Below are positions 36,551-45,436 of a stretch of 64,000 bases of DNA, piece after piece. The position numbers and the translations under genes were made by a program. The notes under the pieces were generated by a model. The model saw only the letters and a program-made list of their open reading frames with translations, ran no database searches and had not been told where the DNA came from. The stretch's first letter is position 1. The number at the start of each line of letters is the position of its first letter. The DNA comes from a virus (Duplodnaviria > Caudoviricetes): IMG/VR virus record IMGVR_UViG_2767802354_000003, positions 4,685 through 68,684 of that record; one strand, 5' to 3'.

Positions 36551-37065
36551 GAGTCCAGCGCCAACAAATGACTAGGCTCTATCGACTCACTTAGCTGCTC
36601 AGCAGTGCAAAGAGTAGGCAGTGAAGGCTTGCTGGCCAGATCCAGGAAATCAAGAAGGTAGTCGCTTGAGCGTACGGATGATCCTGCCTATTGCTAGCTC
36701 TAAATGCCATAGTTGCACACGTATCAATGCTCAAAATTTCTATGTAAGTGTTTGCGTTAAGACGGTTTTTTCCATGAAATGGGCGTACCGTAGGGACAAG
36801 GCAATTGGTCAAATAACCTGCCTGTATAGATCCGAAACCTGCAGCTCTCAAATTGATAGAGCGGCTTGATCTCTCCAGATTTCAAGCGTGCCCGAAATCG
36901 AGCTAAATCAAAGATGGGCAAGACGTGGCGCAGTCAGTTGACCATCTAAGTGAGCGTCTGCCTCTTGTGCTTGCTCAAGCCTAGTCCCCTTTCGGAACTG
37001 CTTTCTTTTCCACTGAAGCAAAGCGAATCCTTGAGGATTGCTCAACTGACAAGACCGGAGACTTA

Positions 37066-37296
37066 ATGCAACGTGAAGATCTAGCAATCACTATTGCTAC
37101 AGCGCCACAGGCGCTGCAACCAGAAATCATCAGTCACTCGATTTCTCACGATGACCATGCACGGTCGCCGAATGTGCCTATGAAAAATAGCGATGTGGAC
37201 ATCGACAATCCGGATGCAAGGTCAGCGCAACCCTCCAATGCTATGCAGCTGGAGGCTGAGCATGGTTGGGATGTATATCCAGATCGGATGGCGTAA
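37066..37296 (+). CDS. Hypothetical protein (76 aa)
   Basis: AGACCGGAG RBS context resembling the repeated module. Confidence 0.5.
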   Translation: MQREDLAITIATAPQALQPEIISHSISHDDHARSPNVPMKNSDVDIDNPDARSAQPSNAMQLEAEHGWDVYPDRMA

Positions 37297-37305
37297 GGAG
37301 TTTTT

Positions 37306-37536
37306 ATGCATGAACTTTCTCAACGCAAAGTTCACGGCTTCTGGGAAAACCTGAAGTGCATGTGTTTCCCGTGGTCAAAAGCAGAAGCGCCGGAAACGAG
37401 CGCATCCCCAAAAACAGAAGGCAATAAGCTAGCCGGCTTTCAACCAGGAAACACTATTGCAGGAATCATGCTGACGCTTGCTATCTTTGGCATGATTGCT
37501 GCAGGCTACTTTGCTTACAGGTATGGGGCTTTCTGA
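37306..37536 (+). CDS. Small protein with C-terminal TM helix (76 aa)
   Basis: TAAGGAG RBS; FWENLKCMCF resembles microprotein A1 FWNTLKLMFF. Confidence 0.65.
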   Translation: MHELSQRKVHGFWENLKCMCFPWSKAEAPETSASPKTEGNKLAGFQPGNTIAGIMLTLAIFGMIAAGYFAYRYGAF

Positions 37537-37649
37537 AAAGCCTTCTTTCTGTTTCCAGGGATATTTGCCATAAATAAGATAGCAAATATCTCCAATCTAG
37601 AGAGGCCCGCCATCGAGCGGGCTTCTTTATTGGAGCATGGATGAGAAGC

Positions 37650-37958
37650 CTAAATTAGTGACAAGAGCAAGCGCTCAATGCCCATCCTTATTCTTTCAAG
37701 CCTGTCCCTGAAGCTCTTTCCCTCTTCCACAAGCCGCGCTAAATCGGACTGCTGCCTGGCCTCTTTAAGAGCCGCAAGATGCAGATCCAGCTTCTCCCGC
37801 TGCTTAGTCGCCTGCTCTAGCAATCGCTCTATCTCCGCCTGATCAGACGCCTTTGCGCTCGCTTTCTGTGCATGCTTCATAAGCAGGTCAATATGATTCA
37901 GGCTAGCTTCGGATTCGCGGATGTGTCTGTCAGCCATCTGCTCTATCGTTTCCATCAC
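37650..37958 (-). CDS. Helical hypothetical protein (102 aa)
   Basis: AAGGAG RBS; coiled-coil-like composition. Confidence 0.65.
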   Translation of the reverse strand: MMETIEQMADRHIRESEASLNHIDLLMKHAQKASAKASDQAEIERLLEQATKQREKLDLHLAALKEARQQSDLARLVEEGKSFRDRLERIRMGIERLLLSLI

Positions 37959-38265
37959 GAGCTCCTTGCAGTGAACCCACTGCCTTGCGAATCCAGCTGG
38001 CGTGCCTAAGAGAGCTGACTCCTTAAGAAGGAGCAGGTCAAAACTACCAGCAAACCTTTCCCATAAGGTACTACAACGGACCTACTGATGCCAAGAGATC
38101 CGTTGCCATCCTTCAAGCAGCTGCCCAGCAATGCAAAGAGCTGGCTGGAGGTTCAGCGTCAGGAAGTCAAGAAGCTTGTCTCTTGAGTTGCACTCGCTGA
38201 AAGAGCACAAGACAAAGAAAAAGCCCACGCTTTCCGCGTGGGCCCTTCTTACAGATCGAAGAAGA

Positions 38266-38517
38266 TTACTTGCGTGGACGGGCCAGGGCCACTCCCACAG
38301 CGCGACCGCCCAGCGGTTGGTCGTTCAGCGACTGGATAGCTTTCTGGGCCTGCTCAGGAGTGGCCATTTCAACAAAGCCGAAGCCGCGTGAGCGGCCGGT
38401 TTCGCGGTCGGAAATGACGTCTGCGGAGATCACTTCACCGCAACCGCTGAAATGTGCGCGCAGGGCTTCGCCGTCGATGGAATAGCCGAGATTGGTGACA
38501 TAGAGATTGTTTTGCAT
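38266..38517 (-). CDS. RRM (RNP-1) RNA-binding protein, copy 2
   Basis: LYVTNL and RGFGFVEM; 56/83 identical to copy 1. Confidence 0.95.
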   Translation of the reverse strand: MQNNLYVTNLGYSIDGEALRAHFSGCGEVISADVISDRETGRSRGFGFVEMATPEQAQKAIQSLNDQPLGGRAVGVALARPRK

Positions 38518-38576
38518 TGTGTTCTTTCAAGTGAGCTCATGCATTTCAGCGATGAGCGAATAAGAGGTAGAGCGGG

Positions 38577-38837
38577 TTAGCGACGGCGCTTGAAGGCTGG
38601 TGCCGCGCCAGTGCGAGGAGCAAGATGACGGAAGGTCACTCGCCCCTTGTTCAAATCGTAGGGAGACATTTCAACAGTCACTTTGTCGCCTGCCAGTACG
38701 CGAATACGGTGCTTGCGCATCTTTCCGCCGCTGTAAGCAATGAGCTGATGACCGTTTTCCAGAGTGACACGAAAGCGGGCATCCGGCAGTACTTCATCAA
38801 CGCGACCGGGCATCTCGATTAGTTCTTCTTTAGCCAA
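38577..38837 (-). CDS. infA: Translation initiation factor IF-1
   Basis: [29 protein letters not shown]...[35 protein letters not shown]; TTG start after AGGAG. Confidence 0.95.
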   Translation of the reverse strand: MAKEELIEMPGRVDEVLPDARFRVTLENGHQLIAYSGGKMRKHRIRVLAGDKVTVEMSPYDLNKGRVTFRHLAPRTGAAPAFKRRR

Positions 38838-38868
38838 AGTGTCTCCTATGAGTAAAAGCAATAAGAAC

Positions 38869-39087
38869 TCAGTTCAGGCGTTGGCTCATCACCATGCTCC
38901 GGCCTTCAGCCAAGGCGTAGTTGGAGGCGAGCGACTCGTTAGAAAACTGAGGGACAAATCGAATGACGCGGTCATAAGCGCCGCGGCGAATGGAAACGGC
39001 AGCCAGGAACTTGCCGCTGGTGCTCGGCTGTGTCAGAGGTGTGACCACGTAGCGGCCAATCTGCTCTGTAATGTTTTTGTGCAGCAT
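38869..39087 (-). CDS. Conserved small hypothetical protein, copy 2
   Basis: Paralog of 34338-34556. Confidence 0.8.
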   Translation of the reverse strand: MLHKNITEQIGRYVVTPLTQPSTSGKFLAAVSIRRGAYDRVIRFVPQFSNESLASNYALAEGRSMVMSQRLN

Positions 39088-39490
39088 GAAAACGGACGGC
39101 CGCACGCACGATTGCGCAGACCATCAAGTGAGATAGGGAAGGCCCGCTGTGAATTCAGGGGCAACGCAGATCCATAAGGATGTTCAGGATCTGGGGAGTT
39201 CGCCTAGAGGGGAGTGACCACCGCGTGCTTTGCTAGCAGAGCGGCTACCTGCGGCCAAGGGGCGGCAATGGTGTCAGACAGGCACTGTTGGGGCGAACGG
39301 CCTAAACAGCGAGTGGGACCAGTATAGGTGAAGTGAAAGACCTTTGGTTTACAACACGCAGCGCCGACAAGGGAGTGGTGCTTGAGCCAGATCTCCCCCC
39401 TGCTCTTTCTAACAAGAAATCGATAGACCTGCCTGTGGTAACCCTGTACCGTGGGATCAACTGTTCTGCAATCTACTGAGAGTCTTAGCC

Positions 39491-39673
39491 ATGAGTACAA
39501 CTAAAAAACCCGCCGTTCACCATATCGTGGAGGCCAAGCGATGGGAGCTCAGCCGAGAGAAGGAACGCATCACCTATCCCGCCGACCATGCCGGCCCCGT
39601 ACAGATGGACTGGCGCAAGCGCGAGAACTACTCTGCCACCGACCTCAACTATCGAGGCCGAAACAAGGCCTAG
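39491..39673 (+). CDS. Small basic hypothetical protein, copy 2
   Basis: Paralog of 34948-35130. Confidence 0.75.
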   Translation: MSTTKKPAVHHIVEAKRWELSREKERITYPADHAGPVQMDWRKRENYSATDLNYRGRNKA

Positions 39674-39909
39674 AAGCCCTCTAACCAATTGCCATTGCCC
39701 GCCCTTGCGCGGGCTTTTTTATGAACAGCATGGACATGACAGAATCAATACCGCCAAGTGCTGCTGAAGCTGCGGCTCGCCCTTTTTGAAGCCTCAAAGA
39801 GGAGCAAGGTCACCCACCTCCTTGCCGCCACTAACAGGCACATATTTACAAGATCACAGCCCGCCACTGAGCGGGCTTTTCTCATTCTCTGGAGCTGAAA
39901 ATTGTCTCG

Positions 39910-40455
39910 CTACTGTGGGACAACCTGGACTTGGCTCAGGTCCACACCGAGCGATTGGGCCTTCTCCAGCAATCGCCTAAAGTGTTGCTCCGGGATGCTC
40001 TTGCTTCGGGAAAGCAGCCAGAAGTAGTCGAGGCTGTTGCCAATCACCAAAGACGTCTGGTACTGGTCATCCAGACTCACCACGTTGTAGCCGCCGTAGA
40101 ACGGACCGAAGAAAGACACTTTGAGCGCCGCGATGCTGGGATCGCCCAGGAATCGCGCCTTGCCGTTGGCTTGACGCCATTCCTTCTTCGATGCGTCATA
40201 GCCTCGATTGACCACGGCCACAGTGCCATCGTCGTTGAGACTGTACTGCGCAGAGACCTGAGTCAGACCTTTTTCAAAACTGTGCTCTATGCGGGCCAGT
40301 TCGTACCAAGTTCCCATGTAGCGCTTGGCATCAAAGCCAGCCACAGGCTGTATGCCCTTAGGCACAGAGACAGCGCAGCCATACAGCGCAGCAACTCCCG
40401 CTGCAACCACGGTCAACGCAGCAGTACGAATTAGAGAGCTTCTCGAAAAACGCAT
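39910..40455 (-). CDS. blc: Bacterial lipocalin lipoprotein (Blc-like), moron
   Basis: Lipobox LYGC; RYMGTWYELAR, LKVSFFGPFYGGY and WLLSR lipocalin motifs. Confidence 0.92.
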   Translation of the reverse strand: MRFSRSSLIRTAALTVVAAGVAALYGCAVSVPKGIQPVAGFDAKRYMGTWYELARIEHSFEKGLTQVSAQYSLNDDGTVAVVNRGYDASKKEWRQANGKARFLGDPSIAALKVSFFGPFYGGYNVVSLDDQYQTSLVIGNSLDYFWLLSRSKSIPEQHFRRLLEKAQSLGVDLSQVQVVPQ

Positions 40456-40541
40456 TGTTGTTTCCTGAGGTTGAAAGCCTCATTCAACCATCTACCAACC
40501 AGCCCGTCCTGAAGAGCGGGCTTTTTACTTTCTGGAGCCCT

Positions 40542-40898
40542 ATGCGACTCAACATCGACAGCGATCAGGATGCCAAGCTCGCCAAGCTGCTGGAGAAGAC
40601 CTCTCTCAGAATGCACTCGACGCCCGATATGCTCCGCCACCTGCCTGACGGAACTATTCAGCTGAGCTGCCCGCTTCCTGAAAAGTACAAGCCAGAAATG
40701 AATCCGTGGGCCAAAGAGTTACGAGCTCGCATCGATGCAGGTTGGCGGATTTTTGAAATCAGCGAATGCTCCCAAAGCGTCAGTGGCGGCTGGATGGCCT
40801 CATGCATACCGCCACCCCTCTTCCGAATTTTTTTCACTGCCTGGCTGAATCAACCCGAGCCGCTCCCCCTCGGGCAGCTTGAGCTGTTTCCCGCTTGA
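40542..40898 (+). CDS. Hypothetical phage protein (118 aa)
   Basis: GGAG RBS after terminator hairpin. Confidence 0.6.
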   Translation: MRLNIDSDQDAKLAKLLEKTSLRMHSTPDMLRHLPDGTIQLSCPLPEKYKPEMNPWAKELRARIDAGWRIFEISECSQSVSGGWMASCIPPPLFRIFFTAWLNQPEPLPLGQLELFPA

Positions 40899-40953
40899 CC
40901 ACCAACACCCCAGCCCGCAGCCGCGGGCTTTTCTCATTCTGGGAGCCACCAAG

Positions 40954-41877
40954 ATGACAGATAAGAACCCACTCGCGCACTACAGCGGCGTATTGTCAGA
41001 GGCCGTGCAAGAGATCGCGGCAGAGCCTGATCAGGCACAAATCAAAGCGCTGATGCGTAAGCATCGCATTTGGATAGAGCATTCCACGCTGTTCGAGGAT
41101 GATGAGCCGCCGCGTGAGCTTCGTGCAGTCCAAGCCGAGCAGCATCAGTTCGAAGCCTTCGTTAAGGACTTGGTCGCACTTGGTACCGCTCCAGCAGCTC
41201 AGGTGGCTGATTTTCAGCAGCGCGTGCAGCCCTGGATGATGGCCTGCTTTGGTCCTGAAATCTCCGCTGACCGCATCGAGCGCAACCACCGCTTTCTGGA
41301 AGAGTCCTTGGAGTTGGTGCAGTCGCTTGGCTGCACGGCCAGCGAGGCGCATCAACTGGTGGACTATGTATTCGGGCGGCCTGCTGGCGAACCCGTGCAG
41401 GAGGCAGGCGGCGTGATGGTCACACTCGCGGCTCTGAGCCTGGCTAGTGGCCTTGACATGCACGCATGCGGCGAAACGGAGCTGGCCCGCATCTGGACAA
41501 AGGTCGAAGCCATCCGGGCCAAACAGGCAGCAAAGCCGAAGCACTCGCCTCTGCCCATGCATACACCCCAGGCGCAGGATGTGGACGGCATTTACTACCT
41601 GCAGGACGCGCGCTGGAGCGCCATGGTTGGAAATTGCCCGAGCTTCTGGCGCTTAGGTGGCGGCTACACGACGAGCCTTGATGATGCAGAGCGCTTCACC
41701 TTGGAAGCCGCAATGAAGCAGCACAAGTGCCGCGAAACCGATTTGCCTTGGCTTTGCTCGGAGCTGGATAAGTTGCGCCGCCCAACAATTGATTGCCAGT
41801 ACATGCCGCGAAGCTGGGACGATCAGCGCGCCGCCATCGCCGCCCAGGCAGCTCAGCAGGGAGATGACAAGCAATGA
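40954..41877 (+). CDS. Multi-domain phage protein with central MazG-like NTP pyrophosphohydrolase-type domain
   Basis: RFLEESLELVQ and QEAGGVMVTL acidic helical motifs. Confidence 0.6.
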   Translation: MTDKNPLAHYSGVLSEAVQEIAAEPDQAQIKALMRKHRIWIEHSTLFEDDEPPRELRAVQAEQHQFEAFVKDLVALGTAPAAQVADFQQRVQPWMMACFGPEISADRIERNHRFLEESLELVQSLGCTASEAHQLVDYVFGRPAGEPVQEAGGVMVTLAALSLASGLDMHACGETELARIWTKVEAIRAKQAAKPKHSPLPMHTPQAQDVDGIYYLQDARWSAMVGNCPSFWRLGGGYTTSLDDAERFTLEAAMKQHKCRETDLPWLCSELDKLRRPTIDCQYMPRSWDDQRAAIAAQAAQQGDDKQ

Positions 41878-42278
41878 GCAAGGCAGAACGACTGGGACAT
41901 GCGAATGCCCTCATAAAAGTCATCAGCAGTCATGGCCGCCGCTTCTTCTACAACGCCAAGGCTGGGACCATTGGCAGCCTGGAGCTTGATACGCGCGGTC
42001 GGGTCTGGTGGATTGACGACTATCGCGGCGCTCGCATCTATACGGCGTACCAAGGGCGCTGGCGAGGTTTCAGCCATGGCGGCACGATGCGCGACCTAAT
42101 ACGCGCCCTGCGCGAATACATCCAGCACGGTAAGCCGCTTCACCCCGAATACATAGCCCCGGCCATGAGCTACGGCGATATGTGGGGGTACGGCACTGAT
42201 GCAGCGAAGGCTGTTCGCACCGAGGCACACAAGCTGCCCATGTTCGCGGCAGCCCAGCAGACACAAGGGGGCGAGTGA
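41874..42278 (+). CDS. Hypothetical phage protein (134 aa)
   Basis: ATGA-coupled; WRGFSHGGTMRDLI motif. Confidence 0.7.
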   Translation: MSKAERLGHANALIKVISSHGRRFFYNAKAGTIGSLELDTRGRVWWIDDYRGARIYTAYQGRWRGFSHGGTMRDLIRALREYIQHGKPLHPEYIAPAMSYGDMWGYGTDAAKAVRTEAHKLPMFAAAQQTQGGE

Positions 42279-42314
42279 ACGGCAGCACCAACTATTCCAG
42301 ACAGCCCGGTCGCA

Positions 42315-42506
42315 ATGCGCCGGGAATATCTCAACACCGCCCGCGAGGTGGCAACCAGGCGGCCAACAGAGGAAAACACGGCCTACCTGATTGCTCTGAC
42401 TCAGGCGCTGTTGCGCGACGTGTGCGGTGAGCCATATTTGGAGATCCGCATCGGCGTGCCACGGTCTGCAGTGAAACGCGCCCAGGCTCAGAAAGGCCAA
42501 GCATGA
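42315..42506 (+). CDS. Hypothetical phage protein (63 aa)
   Basis: Within coupled early operon. Confidence 0.45.
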   Translation: MRREYLNTAREVATRRPTEENTAYLIALTQALLRDVCGEPYLEIRIGVPRSAVKRAQAQKGQA

Positions 42507-42811
42507 GCTATCGACGTGAAGACTACTGCCCCACCTCAGGGGAGCCATGCCAGTCGATGTGCGAAACGCCTTGCGGATCGCATGAAAAAACAGTGGCCGA
42601 GCTGGCGATGCTTGTGCGCAAGCTAGTCCAGCAGCTCCGCAAAGCCGCGCCGGGTAACGATTCTGCTGAAAAGGCGCTGGACTACCTGAAGCGCAAAGGC
42701 TTGGCAGGAACATTTCTTCGTGGAAATTCCGCACCTCATTCAAGAGGCTGCCAACGCCCCGAGTGCATGTCGAACGGCTGCTTTGGCCATTGCATGAAGG
42801 ACAGCACATGA
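42503..42811 (+). CDS. Cys-rich hypothetical phage protein (102 aa)
   Basis: ATGA coupling; Cys clusters at both ends. Confidence 0.6.
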   Translation: MSYRREDYCPTSGEPCQSMCETPCGSHEKTVAELAMLVRKLVQQLRKAAPGNDSAEKALDYLKRKGLAGTFLRGNSAPHSRGCQRPECMSNGCFGHCMKDST

Positions 42812-42913
42812 GCCGCCGAGCCCGCAAACGCGGCGACAAGCGCGACAGATGGCGCGAACCAATCAACCACCCCGAGCCCCGCTGATGCGGGGTTCTGCAT
42901 TTTGGGTGACCTC

Positions 42914-43129
42914 ATGGCGACCAGCGCCAGCACTGCAGGCCTGCCAGAAGACAAGGCCTACATAACCCACCACTTCAACTGCCCTACCTGCTGCGCTGCC
43001 GGTCTATCTGGCGGCAAGCAGGCGCGCTGCGCCGATGGAGTTCAGCTCTGGGATGCATACAACCAGGCTGCAATCGCTTCGCAGTCTCAGAACAACAAGA
43101 AGACCCCAGCCGGGCTTCACTTTGAATGA
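42914..43129 (+). CDS. Small Cys/His-rich phage protein (71 aa)
   Basis: HHFNCPTCC...RC motif. Confidence 0.55.
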   Translation: MATSASTAGLPEDKAYITHHFNCPTCCAAGLSGGKQARCADGVQLWDAYNQAAIASQSQNNKKTPAGLHFE

Positions 43130-43139
43130 GGAACCTGAA

Positions 43140-43424
43140 ATGACTCAACAAGACACCGCCATAGCCATCAAAGAACTGACGTCAGTCAATGAGGACCTAA
43201 AGGCCCAGGTGGACACGCTGGTCTATGCGGTAAAGGCACTTTGCGTTCAAAACGGGGGCCGGCTCAATCGGCAGCAGTTTGCAGATCGGCTGGGGATCCA
43301 TCGCAACACCCTTGTCAAATTCTTGGCCAGAGACAGATCCATGCCTCGCCCTGGCGATGACGGGAAATGGATGCTGACAGAGATCATTGACTGGGAGCTA
43401 CGCACCCGCCGCAAGCGCATCTAA
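43140..43424 (+). CDS. Excisionase-like HTH protein
   Basis: LNRQQFADRLGIHRNTL HTH, PRPG..GKW..TEIIDWE; adjacent to integrase. Confidence 0.75.
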   Translation: MTQQDTAIAIKELTSVNEDLKAQVDTLVYAVKALCVQNGGRLNRQQFADRLGIHRNTLVKFLARDRSMPRPGDDGKWMLTEIIDWELRTRRKRI

Positions 43425-44450
43425 CTATGCAATGCCGTCCAGCCGCTCCGCAATTTGGTCGGCGGTCGGGTTGTAATAAGTCATCGCCCGCTTTGGGTCT
43501 GTCCAACCAAAGACCTTGCACAGGTCGAGCACGTGCAGCTTTTGCGCCATCCGCGTTGCGGCGGTGTGGCGAGAATCGTGAAAAGTAAAACCGTCCAGCC
43601 CGGCACGCTGGCGGTTTCTCCTAAAGATCGCATCCAGCACAGATGCATCTATATTGAACACGAATTCATCGTCGTTCCCTCGCAAGGATTCCAAGTTGCG
43701 CAATGCAGCTCTGGTCAAGGGCACATTGCGGCCCATGCCTGTTTTTGTCTGTCCTTTGTGCAGGACGCAAAAATTCTTGCGTACATCCTTCCAACGCAAC
43801 TTAGTCACCTCCCCTGCTCTCATGCCGGTTTGCAGAGCAGCAATGAAGCATCGAGCAGCAATCTGCTTTGCCTTCGTGATGCCACCTGAGCGCGACCACT
43901 CCATCTCCCTAAGCATCTTGCGAATCTCAACCCCTTCAATAATCCTCTCTCGGCTATGGGGTGTAGAGGGCCTGCTCACATCCGTCATTGGATTGCGAGT
44001 AATCCAGTGCCATTCCTTGCGTGCGTACTCCAGAACATTGTTCACCAGCGCCATTTCGCGCAGCACGGTTGAGTCCTTTACGGACTTCCTTCGTGCGTTC
44101 TTCCACTGGATAAGGTCTTGCTCGTCCAGTTCGGCAATGGTTCGCTCACCTGGCCATTTAGGGTGTTTCGTAGTGATTGCCTCAATCCGAATCTGCTCCC
44201 AGCGCCAGCCACGCTTATCAGGCGAGACCTCTTCCTTGTACTTGTTCATGGCGTCATTGAGGGTCTTCGACTCCCCGTGCAACTTGGCGCCAGCCTTGCC
44301 GCCTTTGGCTGCAGCCCTCAGCTCTATAAGCCTGATGCGTCCCCATTCCTGCGCCTCTCGCTGGGTATTGAACGTGGAACTATCTCGCGCTCCGTCAAAC
44401 TCAACCTGTTGACGCCATTTTCCAGATACAGTTTTAGTGGGTTTTCTCAT
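43425..44450 (-). CDS. int: Phage tyrosine integrase
   Basis: TGMRAGE (R), FHDSRH (HxxR) and MTYY catalytic motifs. Confidence 0.95.
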   Translation of the reverse strand: MRKPTKTVSGKWRQQVEFDGARDSSTFNTQREAQEWGRIRLIELRAAAKGGKAGAKLHGESKTLNDAMNKYKEEVSPDKRGWRWEQIRIEAITTKHPKWPGERTIAELDEQDLIQWKNARRKSVKDSTVLREMALVNNVLEYARKEWHWITRNPMTDVSRPSTPHSRERIIEGVEIRKMLREMEWSRSGGITKAKQIAARCFIAALQTGMRAGEVTKLRWKDVRKNFCVLHKGQTKTGMGRNVPLTRAALRNLESLRGNDDEFVFNIDASVLDAIFRRNRQRAGLDGFTFHDSRHTAATRMAQKLHVLDLCKVFGWTDPKRAMTYYNPTADQIAERLDGIA

Positions 44451-44541
44451 TGCTGCGGGGTGCAAAAATTGGGCGAAATTGGGCGCTGAGTGTGTGCAAA
44501 AGGTGTTTTTTGCTGCAACCCTGCGCCTACCCCGGATAGCA

Positions 44542-44554
44542 TAAGTCTTTGATT
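44542..44554 (-). promoter_or_regulatory. IHF consensus site in att arm
   Basis: AATCAA-AGAC-TTA matches WATCAANNNNTTR. Confidence 0.6.
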
Positions 44555-44595
44555 TATTTAAAAAAGTGCAGCTATTGCACAATCTTGAAACCCTG

Positions 44596-44617
44596 TCGAT
44601 TCATCTCTCCGGCACCA
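44596..44617 (+). other. attR: tRNA(Leu)-like 3' fragment
   Basis: TCGATT-CATCT-CTCCGGC-A-CCA fits T-loop/T-stem/acceptor/discriminator/CCA spacing; next to integrase; followed by terminator. Confidence 0.6.
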
Positions 44618-44625
44618 AGTCAGTA

Positions 44626-44668
44626 AAGAAAAGCCCGCTATCCAAACGATAGCGGGCTTTCTTCTTTT
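44626..44668 (+). terminator. Strong bidirectional terminator (likely the native tRNA terminator)
   Basis: AAGAAAAGCCCGCTAT / ATAGCGGGCTTTTCTT 16-bp inverted repeat. Confidence 0.8.
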
Positions 44669-44979
44669 TTGCTCCGTGTAGCCACCAGTACATAGTTTTC
44701 GCGCTTTGAGCACCGGCTGATTCTGTCCCCACCCTGCTTTCGCTTTCAGCTCCTGCTGCTTTTGGATGCCACATTCAAGAGAGTAACTTCTGACATCTAC
44801 GACCTTCGCTTTTTGTAGCAATCGGCAGACAAAAAACCCACTGGATTAGCAGTGGGCTATATGAGGTTTTATTATGTTGCGACGTGAGGTTTTGTGAAGT
44901 CGCAATATTGGGTTTTGCTGCGCAGTTCCCCTCCAGAGGGGGCGCCGGTCGTGTGCTCAAAAACCGGCGCAACTCCTCT

Positions 44980-45327
44980 TTATTTCTTCTTCAACGGAAT
45001 CACATAAAACCTCAGCCATAAATCCAGCATCAGTATCGTTGGCAGCGCGATGAACGTTGGAAAGTCAACGATCCGCGAATCGACCTTAGTCAGGCTGGTC
45101 ATGATCACAAAACCAATGGACAGCGCGGTGACCAAAGTCAACGGCAGAAACCAATACGATGCTTTGTGCTTGCGCTGGCACTGGGAGCAGCGAAAGCTCC
45201 ATGCTGGGCCAAAATGCAAAATCTTGCTGGCACTCACCCCGCATTCATGACAGTGTGGGCATTTGAGCTTGCGCTTGCGTACAAAAAATACCTGAAACAC
45301 CAGCATCCAAAAAATCAGACCACCCAC
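44980..45327 (-). CDS. Zinc-ribbon membrane protein (115 aa)
   Basis: CPHC...CSQC with hydrophobic helices; start uncertain. Confidence 0.55.
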   Translation of the reverse strand: MGGLIFWMLVFQVFFVRKRKLKCPHCHECGVSASKILHFGPAWSFRCSQCQRKHKASYWFLPLTLVTALSIGFVIMTSLTKVDSRIVDFPTFIALPTILMLDLWLRFYVIPLKKK

Positions 45328-45436
45328 TTTGACACCTCATTCTTTTGTGCATGCAGTCACGGCACCCATAAATTAGTGACATGAAGCAGCGCCAGCCAGC
45401 CAGCCAGCACTGAACTGACGCCACGAGCGAGGGTGA

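Larger units (their letters stand above)
1..44617. mobile_element. Lambdoid/HK97-like siphovirus prophage (left end outside window)
   Basis: Canonical gene order tail-head-terminase-HNH-Q-replication-cro/cI-early-left-xis/int, ending at a tRNA-3'-end-like att sequence followed by a terminator. Confidence 0.95.

Noticed and set aside
44596-44617. Complete tRNA gene
   Set aside because: Only the T-loop to CCA portion is present; upstream sequence cannot form D or anticodon arms
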